From positions 1-52,509 of the IMG/VR virus record IMGVR_UViG_3300011403_000015: 52,509 nt of DNA. One strand, 5' to 3'. Source of the DNA: a virus (lineage: Duplodnaviria; Caudoviricetes). The translations under genes were made by a program, and so were the position numbers. Each line of letters opens with the position of its first letter. Position 1 is the first letter of the stretch. Below the pieces are notes generated by a model. The model did no database searches. It was not told the DNA's origin and saw only the letters and a list, made by a program, of their open reading frames with translations. Shown in pieces: positions 17,426-27,387 of the stretch.

Positions 17426-19314
17426 ACAGTCCCTTCTCCTGGTACGTCCGGCCACAAAGTAACTTCAATAGCAGGATAACCACTGGTTTCCATTTCCCAC
17501 GTTATAGTAATAGTACGAGTTAATCCTGTATCTGTATAATCATACTGAATATTAAGTTCAGTGACTACACCCCGCAATTGGGAAAAGCCAGTAGCTTCAC
17601 GAATAGGATGCAAACCATCGCCGATAGTAAGATGAAGCCACTTAGCTTCCCCTACATCTACATCAGGATCTAAGAGGGTATAGGGCATCGTAATAGTAAA
17701 AGGTTCATACGGTCTATTGAGCTTGGCAAAGCGATGACCTTCGGTAACTTGCAGATCATAGGCATTGAACGTAATCATCTCGCCTGTTTCTATGAGTTGC
17801 TCACCTTGTCCGTACTGCGTACTAGCGGCAACACAGGCTATGACCGTTAAGGTTTCAATATCATCTACCATGACGTAGCCATGAGATGAAATCAAGGATT
17901 TAGTTTGGATTTGCCCTATCTTGGGTTGATGAGAATAGCTCCAGGTAATGCTCGTCCACATAGCATCTGTAATGCCATCCATCACAGCAGTAGGACGATC
18001 AATCGTATTTATCAGATTAAGATCAGGGATCATCTTCAACTGTCCCCGCCGATTGCAAACCATGCGATAGTCAGGTGACACTCTGGCAGCAAGCTCTTGT
18101 ATTTGTGCCGAAACATTCTGCTTATCACTACCCAAAACGGTGAAGTCGAATACGGCAAGACTGTGGGTATAGTCATAGAAATCAGCTACTTCCAGCACCG
18201 TTGAATGGAAGTGTAGCAAGAACCAGATATAATACAAGATGTTAGCAAATTGACTCTGCGCCCAATCTGTTCCTACGGTAGACGAATACTCCATAACCAT
18301 TGTGAAGCCAGGTAGAGTTGTCAGACGTTTACCTGCATCATAGAAGCGCAATTTAGTATCATCGAAAGTTGCCGTAGCTTCTGCGCTCAGATTCACTTCA
18401 TCTGATTGATGCCATCCTATAAAGAGCATGTGACGGCGCATCAAAGGGACATACACAACATCATCATCCCACAGCATAATTAGGAAGCCATCATAATAGG
18501 TAGTACGGGGAAGATCGCTAGGTAAATCTATGATTAGCTCTTGCCCAATAGCATCCTGCGTATGTGATGTTATCTTAAATTTAGTAGTGGATAGATCATT
18601 GGCAGGATCACGAGCAAAAATGGGAATCTTCTGCGTTTCAGAGTGGTTCAGTCCCCAATTGTGTACAGTCAGATACACGTAATAAAAGCCAGGAAGAAAG
18701 CGCACCGTGACCGTAGGGGTAGTGATGCTGCCAGATACCACCAATGCAGTTCCAGGAAATTCCCAAATAAAGTTCTGAGGAACGGATACGGCAGGAGACA
18801 TCGCTAAGTCGTGGATCCAAGATTGTGCATCGAAAGCTACTTCCAGCCTACCCGTTACAGGATCTATTGTTCCTGCCGTACCTGGCCCACCGTTGGGAAC
18901 GGCAGCGGGTTTGCCGTTGTTCAGCAAAGAACCAATATCATCATCCTTCCACATTGCACCACCAGACATAGAAGGAATCTTCGCCCATACCCGATAGTCT
19001 TCTAGCACCGTGATATAAGAATTATCTACGATGTTCGCTTCCCCAATACCTTTACCTTGTGAGTAACTATTTACGTGCATCTGCGTAGTGGGAAAATCTG
19101 GATCCATATATCTGTAACGAAGCGTGCCGTAATCATTTTTATCTGGCGCAGAACCTATCAATACCGTCATGCTCTCTTTGAGCAGCGTTACATTTCCTAC
19201 GGTTACAGTATCAAATTGTAGAGTAGGTTGTGGATACACAAGACCAGCCGGATTCTGATTCATCCTGGCTCGCATGATGACTTTGGGTTTGTTCATGTAA
19301 AGACGTAGCGTCAC
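17422..19314 (-). CDS. tail / baseplate hub protein
   Basis: 630 aa; two genes after the tape measure; PKD-like segment. Confidence 0.65.
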   Translation of the reverse strand: MTLRLYMNKPKVIMRARMNQNPAGLVYPQPTLQFDTVTVGNVTLLKESMTVLIGSAPDKNDYGTLRYRYMDPDFPTTQMHVNSYSQGKGIGEANIVDNSYITVLEDYRVWAKIPSMSGGAMWKDDDIGSLLNNGKPAAVPNGGPGTAGTIDPVTGRLEVAFDAQSWIHDLAMSPAVSVPQNFIWEFPGTALVVSGSITTPTVTVRFLPGFYYVYLTVHNWGLNHSETQKIPIFARDPANDLSTTKFKITSHTQDAIGQELIIDLPSDLPRTTYYDGFLIMLWDDDVVYVPLMRRHMLFIGWHQSDEVNLSAEATATFDDTKLRFYDAGKRLTTLPGFTMVMEYSSTVGTDWAQSQFANILYYIWFLLHFHSTVLEVADFYDYTHSLAVFDFTVLGSDKQNVSAQIQELAARVSPDYRMVCNRRGQLKMIPDLNLINTIDRPTAVMDGITDAMWTSITWSYSHQPKIGQIQTKSLISSHGYVMVDDIETLTVIACVAASTQYGQGEQLIETGEMITFNAYDLQVTEGHRFAKLNRPYEPFTITMPYTLLDPDVDVGEAKWLHLTIGDGLHPIREATGFSQLRGVVTELNIQYDYTDTGLTRTITITWEMETSGYPAIEVTLWPDVPGEGTV

Positions 19315-19682
19315 GGCAAGACCGCCAAGTTTCTAATGACGATGGTAATGTTACGAGCGAAATAGTTTTCCCAATTAGCTTCTGGACGGATCGCTATGCC
19401 ATTGTATCTTTTATATACATAAAGCTGATTGCGGGTGTTGATGGTTACGGCAGCAGATTGTGCGGTCATCAATCCCATTGGCGTTAGAATAGAAGATAGC
19501 TGTGCGGCATCTTCCACCACATTATAAACCCACTCTACATATAATCCCTGATCCAATACAGAACCATCTCCCATAAAGAACCTACGGGTGACCTGAACAC
19601 CTGGACTCATAGGTTGTGGCTTCATCAAAGCCAGAGAAGCTAATGCAACATCATGACCTAAAGCTACGCTATAGTTGCTCAT
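19311..19682 (-). CDS. distal tail protein (putative)
   Basis: Immediately downstream of the tape measure gene. Confidence 0.55.
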   Translation of the reverse strand: MSNYSVALGHDVALASLALMKPQPMSPGVQVTRRFFMGDGSVLDQGLYVEWVYNVVEDAAQLSSILTPMGLMTAQSAAVTINTRNQLYVYKRYNGIAIRPEANWENYFARNITIVIRNLAVLP

Positions 19683-22600
19683 CCTACTTGTGCTACCTTC
19701 CTCAGAACTTGCAACAATCGTGTTTCAAATTCAGTTCCCAAACTAGCAGTAGACATGCCTGGTGGAGCATGGATCACAATCGCACCTTGATCTACTCGTA
19801 TGTTGGAAGTTTTCGATACGGCCCCACCAGTCATAGAGGATGGCGTGATGGTGTAGCTACTTCCCTCTGCTTTGATAATGGGTTCCGTAATGGTACTACC
19901 TGTCAGAACATTGCGCTCAACCTTTGCATCCTGCGGTTTGGGCAAAGCATCAATCACAGTTTGCTGGTCTGAGATTTCACCCGTAAGCCCTAAGACGGTA
20001 GCATTTACTGCATTTAGAGCATCTTGTAACGGCCCCAAATCAGCTCCGATTGCAATGGCTTCTGCCATCTTAGCTTTGATATCAGCGGCACGTTGCTCTG
20101 CACTTAATTTTCTATCTTCCAGCAAAAACTTCTTATGCTCTGCAAGTGCAATCGCTTGAGCACGCTTTTCTGCCATTGTCCATTCTTGATTTTCATAGCC
20201 CATTTCCAACATTCTAGCTTTGTGGGCCGTTTCCAGTTCCGTTAGTTCCTGACCAGCGTGGGTTCCAATCTGCGTGAGGCGTTCGCCATGCACCCTATCC
20301 ATTTCCAATAGTTGTGCATTGTGCTGCGTCGCATCTTTACCTAATCTAATCCCACGATCAATATCTTCCTCTGACTGGCGCAGGATATGAGCATCCTTCA
20401 TATCCTGTAAACGTTCAGCATCTTCTAGATCTTGTTCATGCAATCTTTCTGCGGCAGCAGCTTGTTGATCTGCGAGTTGCAGAGCATGGGCTTCATTGGC
20501 ATCCTTTACTCTTTCCTGATGCGCTTTGTTCTGCTCTTCAATTTCGTCTGCTAAATTTTCTTTTATCTCAGATAGCGTTTCAGCGTGCGCTTCCGCATTC
20601 TCGGCTAATTCTTCAGTGAGCTTTTCTTTTTCCTTCGCGATAGCCAGAGCTTGGTCTTCCTCTGCTTGCCGCTTCTTACGTGCATAAGATTTTTGTTCGG
20701 CATATACGGCAGCAGCATCAAGATGAGAAGCAGCATCTAGTATGGCATCGTTATGATCTTCAGCGGCACGTTTCTGTTGTCGCTTGAAGTCCTCTTCCAT
20801 TTCAAGGATTTGCTTGCCGCTGTCTTCCCTAGCTTCGGCTTGCTTTTCGTTGAAGTCTTCAATAGCTTCTTCGGTACGTTCGGCAGCATCCTTACGGGAA
20901 TCTGCAATATTTTCTTCTAAGTCTTCTTGATATTTAGCAAGCTGTCGGTTATGATCCCGATTCGCACGAGCAATAGATTTGGCTAAGTCTTCCTGAACAT
21001 CCAGTCTATCCTTCGCCATATCCCGTTCAGCATCAGCCAGGTCTGCCGCAAAATGGGCATTATCTCTAGCACGCTGACGAGCAAAATCTGCCGCTTCTTC
21101 TGTAAGATTCTGCTGATAATCCCGCTCTAAATTATTTCTAGACTGGAAGTAACTACGGTTCTCGGCCAGCGCATCTGAGTTAGCTTGTGCCATGATTGCA
21201 TTGCGCTCAGTAGTGAAGCTAACCATCTCATCTATTTGGTCTGCCGTTGGGCCTTTGGCTTTCCCTGCCATAGCGTAGGGATCATTGCTCAAGCCCATTG
21301 TAGGAGAAAGCCCACCCGTATCTAGCATATGTTGAGCGTTCAAGGCAGCAACAGAACGGCCAGCCTTCAGAAGTTCTCCATTCACTTTAGCGAAGGCATC
21401 CGCTAATTGCTCTGCGGTGGGTACAGTCCCCAAGACTGCGGAATTAAAGTTCCCAGCTTCTAGACTAGCTTTCTCCATCTCTAAGCCGATCTTAATGGCT
21501 TGCGCTTCCGCTAGATTATGGGAACCTTTTTGCCCTTCCCAAATACCACCAGGAACATCTCCTGTTCTGCGGATTTCATTGGGAGTTACTCTGTTGATGG
21601 CATCTGCGGCGGCTTGTATCTTATTAACATCTTTATTCAAGAAAGCTGCAATGTTATCAATCGGAACCTTAAAAGCCTGAGCAATTGCCAGACCTAGATC
21701 TTCATAGTCAGCGGCTAACTTCTCGGTTGCCGTAGCTTGTCCAGCGGCACTATCCGCAAGAGCACCATAGCGTTCTTCGGCATGTTCCAGTACAGCGTTC
21801 TGATAGGCTTGCTGTTTGGTCAGGGATGAATTGGCATCCATCATTTCTTCTTGCTTTTCACGCACTACATCGTATTGCAAGCCAAGCTGATCCAAACGCT
21901 GACCACGTTGCGTGAACATTTCCAAGATTAGATCATTTTGTACCGCATCAGGATCCCTACCTGTTGCCAGCGAGATCCCACGAATTCCCTTAGCAGCTTT
22001 TTGAAGTTCATCAGAAGTATCGGCAAAGCCTACACTCAGGAGCTTAGTGACGCCTTCTAGTTGCTTCTGCTTCCCTAACACACCACCTGTAGCTTCATCG
22101 TATTCTGTCAGAAAGCGATTAACTTGCGATTGACTTCCGGCTAAGGTTCTGGCCGCAACAGCTTGACGAGCATAAGCAGCGGTCATCGCATCGGCAGCAC
22201 CAGCCGCATCTACCATGCTCTTTACGATAGCTGTGATCTGCCCTACAATCGCACCTGCAACAAATCCTGCCGCAGCTAATCCAACGAAGCCACCTAACAA
22301 TCCGGCCGCACCACTACACGCTAAGGCTTTACCGACCGTCCCTGCCCCTTGCAAAAGACCGCTAGTACCCCATGCCGCACCCCAACCACCACCACCACCA
22401 CCACCACCACCACCACGCCCACCACCACCACCCGCTTGACGCTGTTGTGCTAACGCCATGCGATTCTGTTGCTGGAGAGCGGCTACCGCAATACGTTGCT
22501 GATGATTCTGTAATGATATCGCCTGTGCCGCTGCCGCTTGAGCAGCTTTGCTATTAGAATTGATAATCGCTGTTTGCACCTTGCCCGTAGCGATAATAGA

Positions 22601-23146
22601 ATTCTGAATAGTTTTCTGAGTTGCTACAGCTACCTTCGCATTAGCTGTGTGTGCCGCTGTCGTACTCTTAGCAGCTTGCATCTGCTGCTGATGTACGATG
22701 CTATTGCCTTGCAGAATAATCTTATTAGCTTGATTATTGTTGGCTACACGGATACGCTGATTGGCTTCATTCGTCTTAGTAAGACGTCGCTGATTACCTT
22801 CTATCTTAGCAGTAGCTTGATCTGAAAGAGCGATAGCTGCTTTGGAATCTGCTCTAGCCTGTAAGATCGCAACACTCTTATTTGTATCTGCTTTAGCAAC
22901 ACGTACCTTAGCATCTGCTTGAGCCTTCGCTGTGGCGGCACGCATCTGCTCCAGATTAGTTCTGGCATTGGCAATCATAACCTGTAGGCTACGATAGACC
23001 AACTTCACAGAAGCATCGGCTTCAGACATGCTCTTCTTGACACTATTGCCAAGAGCCGTCATATCGATGATAGCTTGCTTGGAATCAGTAGTATCGATTA
23101 CAAATTTAATTTTGGGATTTTCACCACCACCAAAGTCATCGCTCAT
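19679..23146 (-). CDS. tail tape measure protein
   Basis: 1155 aa, Ala/Gln-rich coiled coil with a Gly tract and hydrophobic patch; follows the tail chaperones. Confidence 0.9.
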   Translation of the reverse strand: MSDDFGGGENPKIKFVIDTTDSKQAIIDMTALGNSVKKSMSEADASVKLVYRSLQVMIANARTNLEQMRAATAKAQADAKVRVAKADTNKSVAILQARADSKAAIALSDQATAKIEGNQRRLTKTNEANQRIRVANNNQANKIILQGNSIVHQQQMQAAKSTTAAHTANAKVAVATQKTIQNSIIATGKVQTAIINSNSKAAQAAAAQAISLQNHQQRIAVAALQQQNRMALAQQRQAGGGGGRGGGGGGGGGGWGAAWGTSGLLQGAGTVGKALACSGAAGLLGGFVGLAAAGFVAGAIVGQITAIVKSMVDAAGAADAMTAAYARQAVAARTLAGSQSQVNRFLTEYDEATGGVLGKQKQLEGVTKLLSVGFADTSDELQKAAKGIRGISLATGRDPDAVQNDLILEMFTQRGQRLDQLGLQYDVVREKQEEMMDANSSLTKQQAYQNAVLEHAEERYGALADSAAGQATATEKLAADYEDLGLAIAQAFKVPIDNIAAFLNKDVNKIQAAADAINRVTPNEIRRTGDVPGGIWEGQKGSHNLAEAQAIKIGLEMEKASLEAGNFNSAVLGTVPTAEQLADAFAKVNGELLKAGRSVAALNAQHMLDTGGLSPTMGLSNDPYAMAGKAKGPTADQIDEMVSFTTERNAIMAQANSDALAENRSYFQSRNNLERDYQQNLTEEAADFARQRARDNAHFAADLADAERDMAKDRLDVQEDLAKSIARANRDHNRQLAKYQEDLEENIADSRKDAAERTEEAIEDFNEKQAEAREDSGKQILEMEEDFKRQQKRAAEDHNDAILDAASHLDAAAVYAEQKSYARKKRQAEEDQALAIAKEKEKLTEELAENAEAHAETLSEIKENLADEIEEQNKAHQERVKDANEAHALQLADQQAAAAERLHEQDLEDAERLQDMKDAHILRQSEEDIDRGIRLGKDATQHNAQLLEMDRVHGERLTQIGTHAGQELTELETAHKARMLEMGYENQEWTMAEKRAQAIALAEHKKFLLEDRKLSAEQRAADIKAKMAEAIAIGADLGPLQDALNAVNATVLGLTGEISDQQTVIDALPKPQDAKVERNVLTGSTITEPIIKAEGSSYTITPSSMTGGAVSKTSNIRVDQGAIVIHAPPGMSTASLGTEFETRLLQVLRKVAQVG

Positions 23147-23526
23147 TAGTTTGGTTTATACTCCCATTTCTTAACTCTGCTTCCATGCGCTCCTGCCAAT
23201 GCTAATACGGCAGCAAGACCACCACCCGCAAATGGATCATTGCTTCTACCTTTTACAATTTCATCTTTATCTGTAGGTAGCTTGAAGCTACTATCCAAAA
23301 GCTGATGAAGCGTATACTTCTGCTTCCATTCCTTCTTGTCCCCCATGCCAACTTCAATGCGCTCCTGCACAGCGTTCTCTATGATGTTACCAAAGGTCAC
23401 TACGGCAGCATCAAATAGATAGGCTACTAGGGGATCTTCTACGCATAGAAGTTCAGACGGTCGGCTGTGGGTCTGCTGCACCGTCTGCCACAACGTCCAC
23501 ATTTGATGGCGGTTGGTAACGAAACC
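23146..23526 (-). CDS. tail assembly chaperone, second (G-T type) frame, probably reached by frameshift
   Basis: Part of ORF 23146..23610; overlaps the TAC end in the +1 frame; no evident own RBS. Confidence 0.6.
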   Translation of the reverse strand, partial: GFVTNRHQMWTLWQTVQQTHSRPSELLCVEDPLVAYLFDAAVVTFGNIIENAVQERIEVGMGDKKEWKQKYTLHQLLDSSFKLPTDKDEIVKGRSNDPFAGGGLAAVLALAGAHGSRVKKWEYKPN

Positions 23527-23941
23527 TATGCAATGCTTCGGAAGGTGCGAACACCAGCCGGAAGATGTAGGCTCTATCTGACAAGTCAATGTCATCGATA
23601 GATATTTCATTGTCTTTTGTAGGATTATCTACAACCTTCGGTTCCACCATTCCGGCCACACACACTACTCGCAAGGATTCCAGCATCGCCATTGCCTCCT
23701 CTGGCGTTTCTGAATCTGAGAGGAACTTCTCAAATTTATTATCCTCGCCCTTGCCATAGATTTCTTCCAGCAACAGAGTAGTTAAGACCTGCGGAATCTT
23801 CCCCAACTTCAATAGTTGGTCTGGCCGTACTGTACGAATCCGCACAATATAACCACCGTAGGGGAGCTGAACCAACTCCCCCCGTTCACGTTTATTACGC
23901 CATTCCAAACCAGAACTTACGGGCAATTCGTTCTCGTTCAT
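23453..23941 (-). CDS. tail assembly chaperone
   Basis: ATG at 23941 follows AGGAG; lies between major tail and tape measure genes. Confidence 0.75.
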   Translation of the reverse strand: MNENELPVSSGLEWRNKRERGELVQLPYGGYIVRIRTVRPDQLLKLGKIPQVLTTLLLEEIYGKGEDNKFEKFLSDSETPEEAMAMLESLRVVCVAGMVEPKVVDNPTKDNEISIDDIDLSDRAYIFRLVFAPSEALHRFRYQPPSNVDVVADGAADPQPTV

Positions 23942-23952
23942 AATATCTCCTA

Positions 23953-24525
23953 CTAAGTTGCGACGAGTCCTGCGGGCGGGAAGGCTGTGATAGGCACATC
24001 GGTAGGATGTGTAATCACGTTGATTGCACCCCATTGCAAATCATCTACAACTTGCATGGTAACTTCCGGAATAGTGAACGCACCATACTCCATCTGTGCC
24101 AGCGTGAAGCCAGATGTAATCTTGGTCTTGGGCAAGAAGAGCCAGGTATCCCCTGCTTCTGCCGAGAGTGCCTTGAGGATGATTCCCACATAGGGCATCT
24201 TCTGACCACCTGCAATACGGATGCTCTTCATGCTGGATGTACCCGAAGTCACGGTACGACCAGTCAGAATAGCCAGCATATCCAAATTCAAACCACCCCA
24301 TCGCAACTGCAACGTACCACCGATAGAAGCAGCAGAAATTGCGGTCTGTGTGTCATCCCCCGTTAAGATCGCAGAGATGACTTCCATTGCTACGTTACCC
24401 ATCTGGATAGACATAATGTCTGTACCACCGACAGGCGCATAGCTAGTAATCGTACCATTGCTACTCCACGTAGCAATCTTCCCATCATTAAGTCCAAATT
24501 GTGGTGATCCCTGATCGAACGGCAT
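23953..24525 (-). CDS. major tail (tube) protein
   Basis: 190 aa, FGLNDGKIA N-terminus, synteny. Confidence 0.8.
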   Translation of the reverse strand: MPFDQGSPQFGLNDGKIATWSSNGTITSYAPVGGTDIMSIQMGNVAMEVISAILTGDDTQTAISAASIGGTLQLRWGGLNLDMLAILTGRTVTSGTSSMKSIRIAGGQKMPYVGIILKALSAEAGDTWLFLPKTKITSGFTLAQMEYGAFTIPEVTMQVVDDLQWGAINVITHPTDVPITAFPPAGLVAT

Positions 24526-24526
24526 C

Positions 24527-24934
24527 TTATTCTTCCTCTCCTAATGTTACATATCCTAAGTTTGCTAATCTCTGCAAAGATACTCGAATCTTTGGCCCCC
24601 AATAATCACGAGCTGGAGTTAAGATGGCATAACGTCCCTGATGCGCTAATTCTAACCAAATGGTATAATGCAGCTCTGGATTGTGCTGTAGTACAATCGT
24701 ACCGATTGGCCCACCAGAAGGATCTACCCAACCCTTCAGACCTTCACGAGCTTTACCAGTCACATTTTGCCAGGGTGCGTTATCCTTCGCCCATAGCTCC
24801 ATTTCAGAGGCTAACCGTATAGCTTCTTTCCTACCCGCTACGAAGGTCGCTTGCAAGAACAGCTCGGTTGTCTCTCCCATTTTGGTTAGAGACTTGGGAT
24901 TCTCTACGTACACGCCGGATCGCCCCGCCATCAT
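24527..24934 (-). CDS. HK97 gp10-like tail completion protein
   Basis: WAKDNAPWQNVTGKAREGL...YTIWLELAHQGRYAILTPA; AAGGAGG RBS. Confidence 0.75.
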   Translation of the reverse strand: MMAGRSGVYVENPKSLTKMGETTELFLQATFVAGRKEAIRLASEMELWAKDNAPWQNVTGKAREGLKGWVDPSGGPIGTIVLQHNPELHYTIWLELAHQGRYAILTPARDYWGPKIRVSLQRLANLGYVTLGEEE

Positions 24935-25973
24935 ACCCTCCTTGTTCGTGGATCAACTCTATGAGTCCGGCAGCAGCATCTCGGTAAGTTTGATGTCCAG
25001 ATAGCCAAGCTCTTGCTTCCTTGCCTATCAGCGCAGCTTTATCAGGCGCATGATAGCAGAACTGCATAGCATCTGCTACCTTATGCTCATCCGCTACCAT
25101 CCACTCCCCGCTATCTCCCCGACCAGACGGCAGCACAGGCTTAATCTTACCACCTCGCACGATGATGGCCCACTTATTCGTGTTGCCGTCATCTAACCCT
25201 GCATACTGTTGCACAATCACGGGAAGGCCCATCATCGCAGCTTCACGATGAGGCATCCCCCATCCTTCGCAACGGGAAGGCAATGCAAGACAATCCCCCT
25301 GTGCGTAGAAGTCAGCCATATCCTCATAGATCCCTATATCAATTACAATGCGAGGATCCCAATCCTTTGCCCTGCGTAGAAGTTGCAACAAAGGATTGCC
25401 TCTAGGAGTGCTTTTAATGATGAGCCGTACATTCTGCTCTCCGGCACTTTTGCTGCCGAAGGCTTTGTAGAAAGCCCCGTAAACTTCCTGCCAACCCTTA
25501 CGAGTTCCTCGATCTGCTATGGTAAGGAAGGTATAGGGTCTTTCAGGGATCTGCTTTCCTACAGGAAATTCATCTGGATCTGTACCTAACGGCACAACCG
25601 ATATAGGAACCTTCACGCCACTATTGGTAAAGGCTTCCAAGTTATGCTGACACGGCACAAGAATCCTATCCAAACCGCAACGATTCAATAGCTTCACCGT
25701 ACTCTTGGGAATAGTGGTAGTTTCACACATAGTATAGAGCCAGTGTGTTCCCTTACCAGGAATCTTCCGCACGAATCTAGGAAGATGACAGGTGATGGTA
25801 AAGTTATCCCAATTTACACCCATCTGGTTCAGCATCCATTGCGGTCTGTCGATATCTTCGCAGAGCAACGGCAGCACATCCATTCCCCACTGTTGCATCT
25901 CACGCACTAAGCGACTGGAAAATCTACCATAGCCATCATGATTCAGATAGTAACTAATCCAGTTCACTCTCAT
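24831..25973 (-). CDS. GT-B fold glycosyltransferase (GT4-like)
   Basis: DGYGR N-terminus, RKG motif, LPSRCEGWGMPHREAAMMGLPVI (EX7E signature). Confidence 0.9.
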   Translation of the reverse strand: MRVNWISYYLNHDGYGRFSSRLVREMQQWGMDVLPLLCEDIDRPQWMLNQMGVNWDNFTITCHLPRFVRKIPGKGTHWLYTMCETTTIPKSTVKLLNRCGLDRILVPCQHNLEAFTNSGVKVPISVVPLGTDPDEFPVGKQIPERPYTFLTIADRGTRKGWQEVYGAFYKAFGSKSAGEQNVRLIIKSTPRGNPLLQLLRRAKDWDPRIVIDIGIYEDMADFYAQGDCLALPSRCEGWGMPHREAAMMGLPVIVQQYAGLDDGNTNKWAIIVRGGKIKPVLPSGRGDSGEWMVADEHKVADAMQFCYHAPDKAALIGKEARAWLSGHQTYRDAAAGLIELIHEQGGYDGGAIRRVRRESQVSNQNGRDNRAVLASDLRSG

Positions 25974-26464
25974 GGTTTACGTAACTTCCTCGTTAAGTAA
26001 TCAGAGCGCATCATGGAAGCACCGTTAAGACTTCCTGGATCTACCAGCAATCCTGTGGTATACATCCATTGCGTAGGATAGTAATTGGGGAATTTGTAGC
26101 TTTGCATGATAGTAAAGATGTAGTTATCCATGACTTCAATAATATCATAGCCTACCCATTGATACATCCAAAACTCTACTACCCTGCTCTGACCTACCAC
26201 ACGATCTATTGGATCGTAGATAGCTGGACTAGGGATTGGGCTTCGGGCTTTGCATATAATGATCGGCAGCAAATAGCCATCCACATCATAGGCTTCTGGC
26301 GTAGCATCCCGATGTATGCCCTGATGACCTAAGGATGTATAAGCGTAGATTCCCCCCAACGCTACCGCTTCCAGCGCAATATCTTCTTGCAAGCGTGTTA
26401 CGAACATCGCTTCAATAGCAATGGCTGGAGCTGGAGCTTCCCTACTGCTCAGTGTCTCTATCAT
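25970..26464 (-). CDS. tail terminator / head-tail joining protein (putative)
   Basis: ORF 25970..26497, start uncertain; synteny. Confidence 0.5.
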   Translation of the reverse strand: MIETLSSREAPAPAIAIEAMFVTRLQEDIALEAVALGGIYAYTSLGHQGIHRDATPEAYDVDGYLLPIIICKARSPIPSPAIYDPIDRVVGQSRVVEFWMYQWVGYDIIEVMDNYIFTIMQSYKFPNYYPTQWMYTTGLLVDPGSLNGASMMRSDYLTRKLRKP

Positions 26465-26615
26465 CACGCCCATCCAGCATATCTTGCACGAACACAATTA
26501 GATCTTTGATATAGGCATCCGTTACTTCAAAACCATAGTCCTGAAATATTAACTCACGGATTACCGCAATATCCTGACTTTCTACTAAGATCTCAAACTT
26601 GGTACGCTCATCCAT
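26442..26615 (-). CDS. 57-aa acidic hypothetical protein (not in ORF track)
   Basis: MDERTKFEILVESQDIAVIRELIFQDYGFEVTDAYIKDLIVFVQDMLDGRDDRDTEQ*; fills the gap in the operon. Confidence 0.6.
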   Translation of the reverse strand: MDERTKFEILVESQDIAVIRELIFQDYGFEVTDAYIKDLIVFVQDMLDGRDDRDTEQ

Positions 26616-26618
26616 GTC

Positions 26619-27002
26619 TTAGCCTGTAGCTTCCCAAATACCCTGTATCTCGCCTCTGGTCGTAATGACATCTACGCACTTATACTCATCGCCTTCATAT
26701 ACGAACACATAACCTTCCTTCATGTTTGTATCTGGAAGGGTAGGATGGTTCTTAATACCGAATATGATGACCTTGCGTACAGGTGCGCTTCCTGCGGTGC
26801 TTTCTCCTGGGGTTGCCGTATTGTCAGATTCAATCCTTACGGTTTGTGCGGCGAGTCTTGTACCGCTGGGAGTACGGAATACTGCCTGAGAGGGTCTTGC
26901 GGATATCCTCCGCAATGCCTCTGCCGCTTTCATCCCAGTATCTAGCTCGTTCGACCTCGTCGTCTTCCCCAACTTCGATATCCAGGTCGTCAAGTCTACC
27001 AT
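26619..27002 (-). CDS. head closure / head-tail adaptor protein
   Basis: 127 aa, beta-rich C-terminal half, synteny. Confidence 0.6.
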   Translation of the reverse strand: MVDLTTWISKLGKTTRSNELDTGMKAAEALRRISARPSQAVFRTPSGTRLAAQTVRIESDNTATPGESTAGSAPVRKVIIFGIKNHPTLPDTNMKEGYVFVYEGDEYKCVDVITTRGEIQGIWEATG

Positions 27003-27379
27003 ACATAGCCTCTTGGATATTCCTTAACTCTAGGAGGATTCTGCATAGGCTTCCCGGATCTGACCGCTCCCGCTTCGGCGGAGACGGCGTCTTCAAGCAA
27101 GTTCTCCCATCTACGCAGTTCACGCACGAGATGATCGTAGCGTTGAGACGCCTTCTCGGTTGTGTTGTTCTGCGTATAATCTACTTCATTAGCCGCTTGC
27201 ATCACCATGCGCCGCAACGTTATCACACGAGTGCTAATCAAGATAGAAGCAGGATCACCAAACCTCTCCCCTGCTTCTACGAAGATAGCATCTATGGTTG
27301 CATCAGATAGCGAGAGAACGTCATCCGGCGCAAAGCCTACATCCATACGAAGCCGTTGCTGCTCTAGTGCTGTAGCCAT
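26996..27379 (-). CDS. head-tail connector protein
   Basis: LRMDVG..LSDATIDAIF helical pattern directly after the capsid gene. Confidence 0.65.
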   Translation of the reverse strand: MATALEQQRLRMDVGFAPDDVLSLSDATIDAIFVEAGERFGDPASILISTRVITLRRMVMQAANEVDYTQNNTTEKASQRYDHLVRELRRWENLLEDAVSAEAGAVRSGKPMQNPPRVKEYPRGYVW

Positions 27380-27387
27380 ATGTCCTC

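Noticed and set aside
22385-22432. (CCA)n repeat and poly-His/poly-Pro ORFs on the + strand
   Set aside because: Antisense shadow of the poly-Gly tract in the tape measure protein
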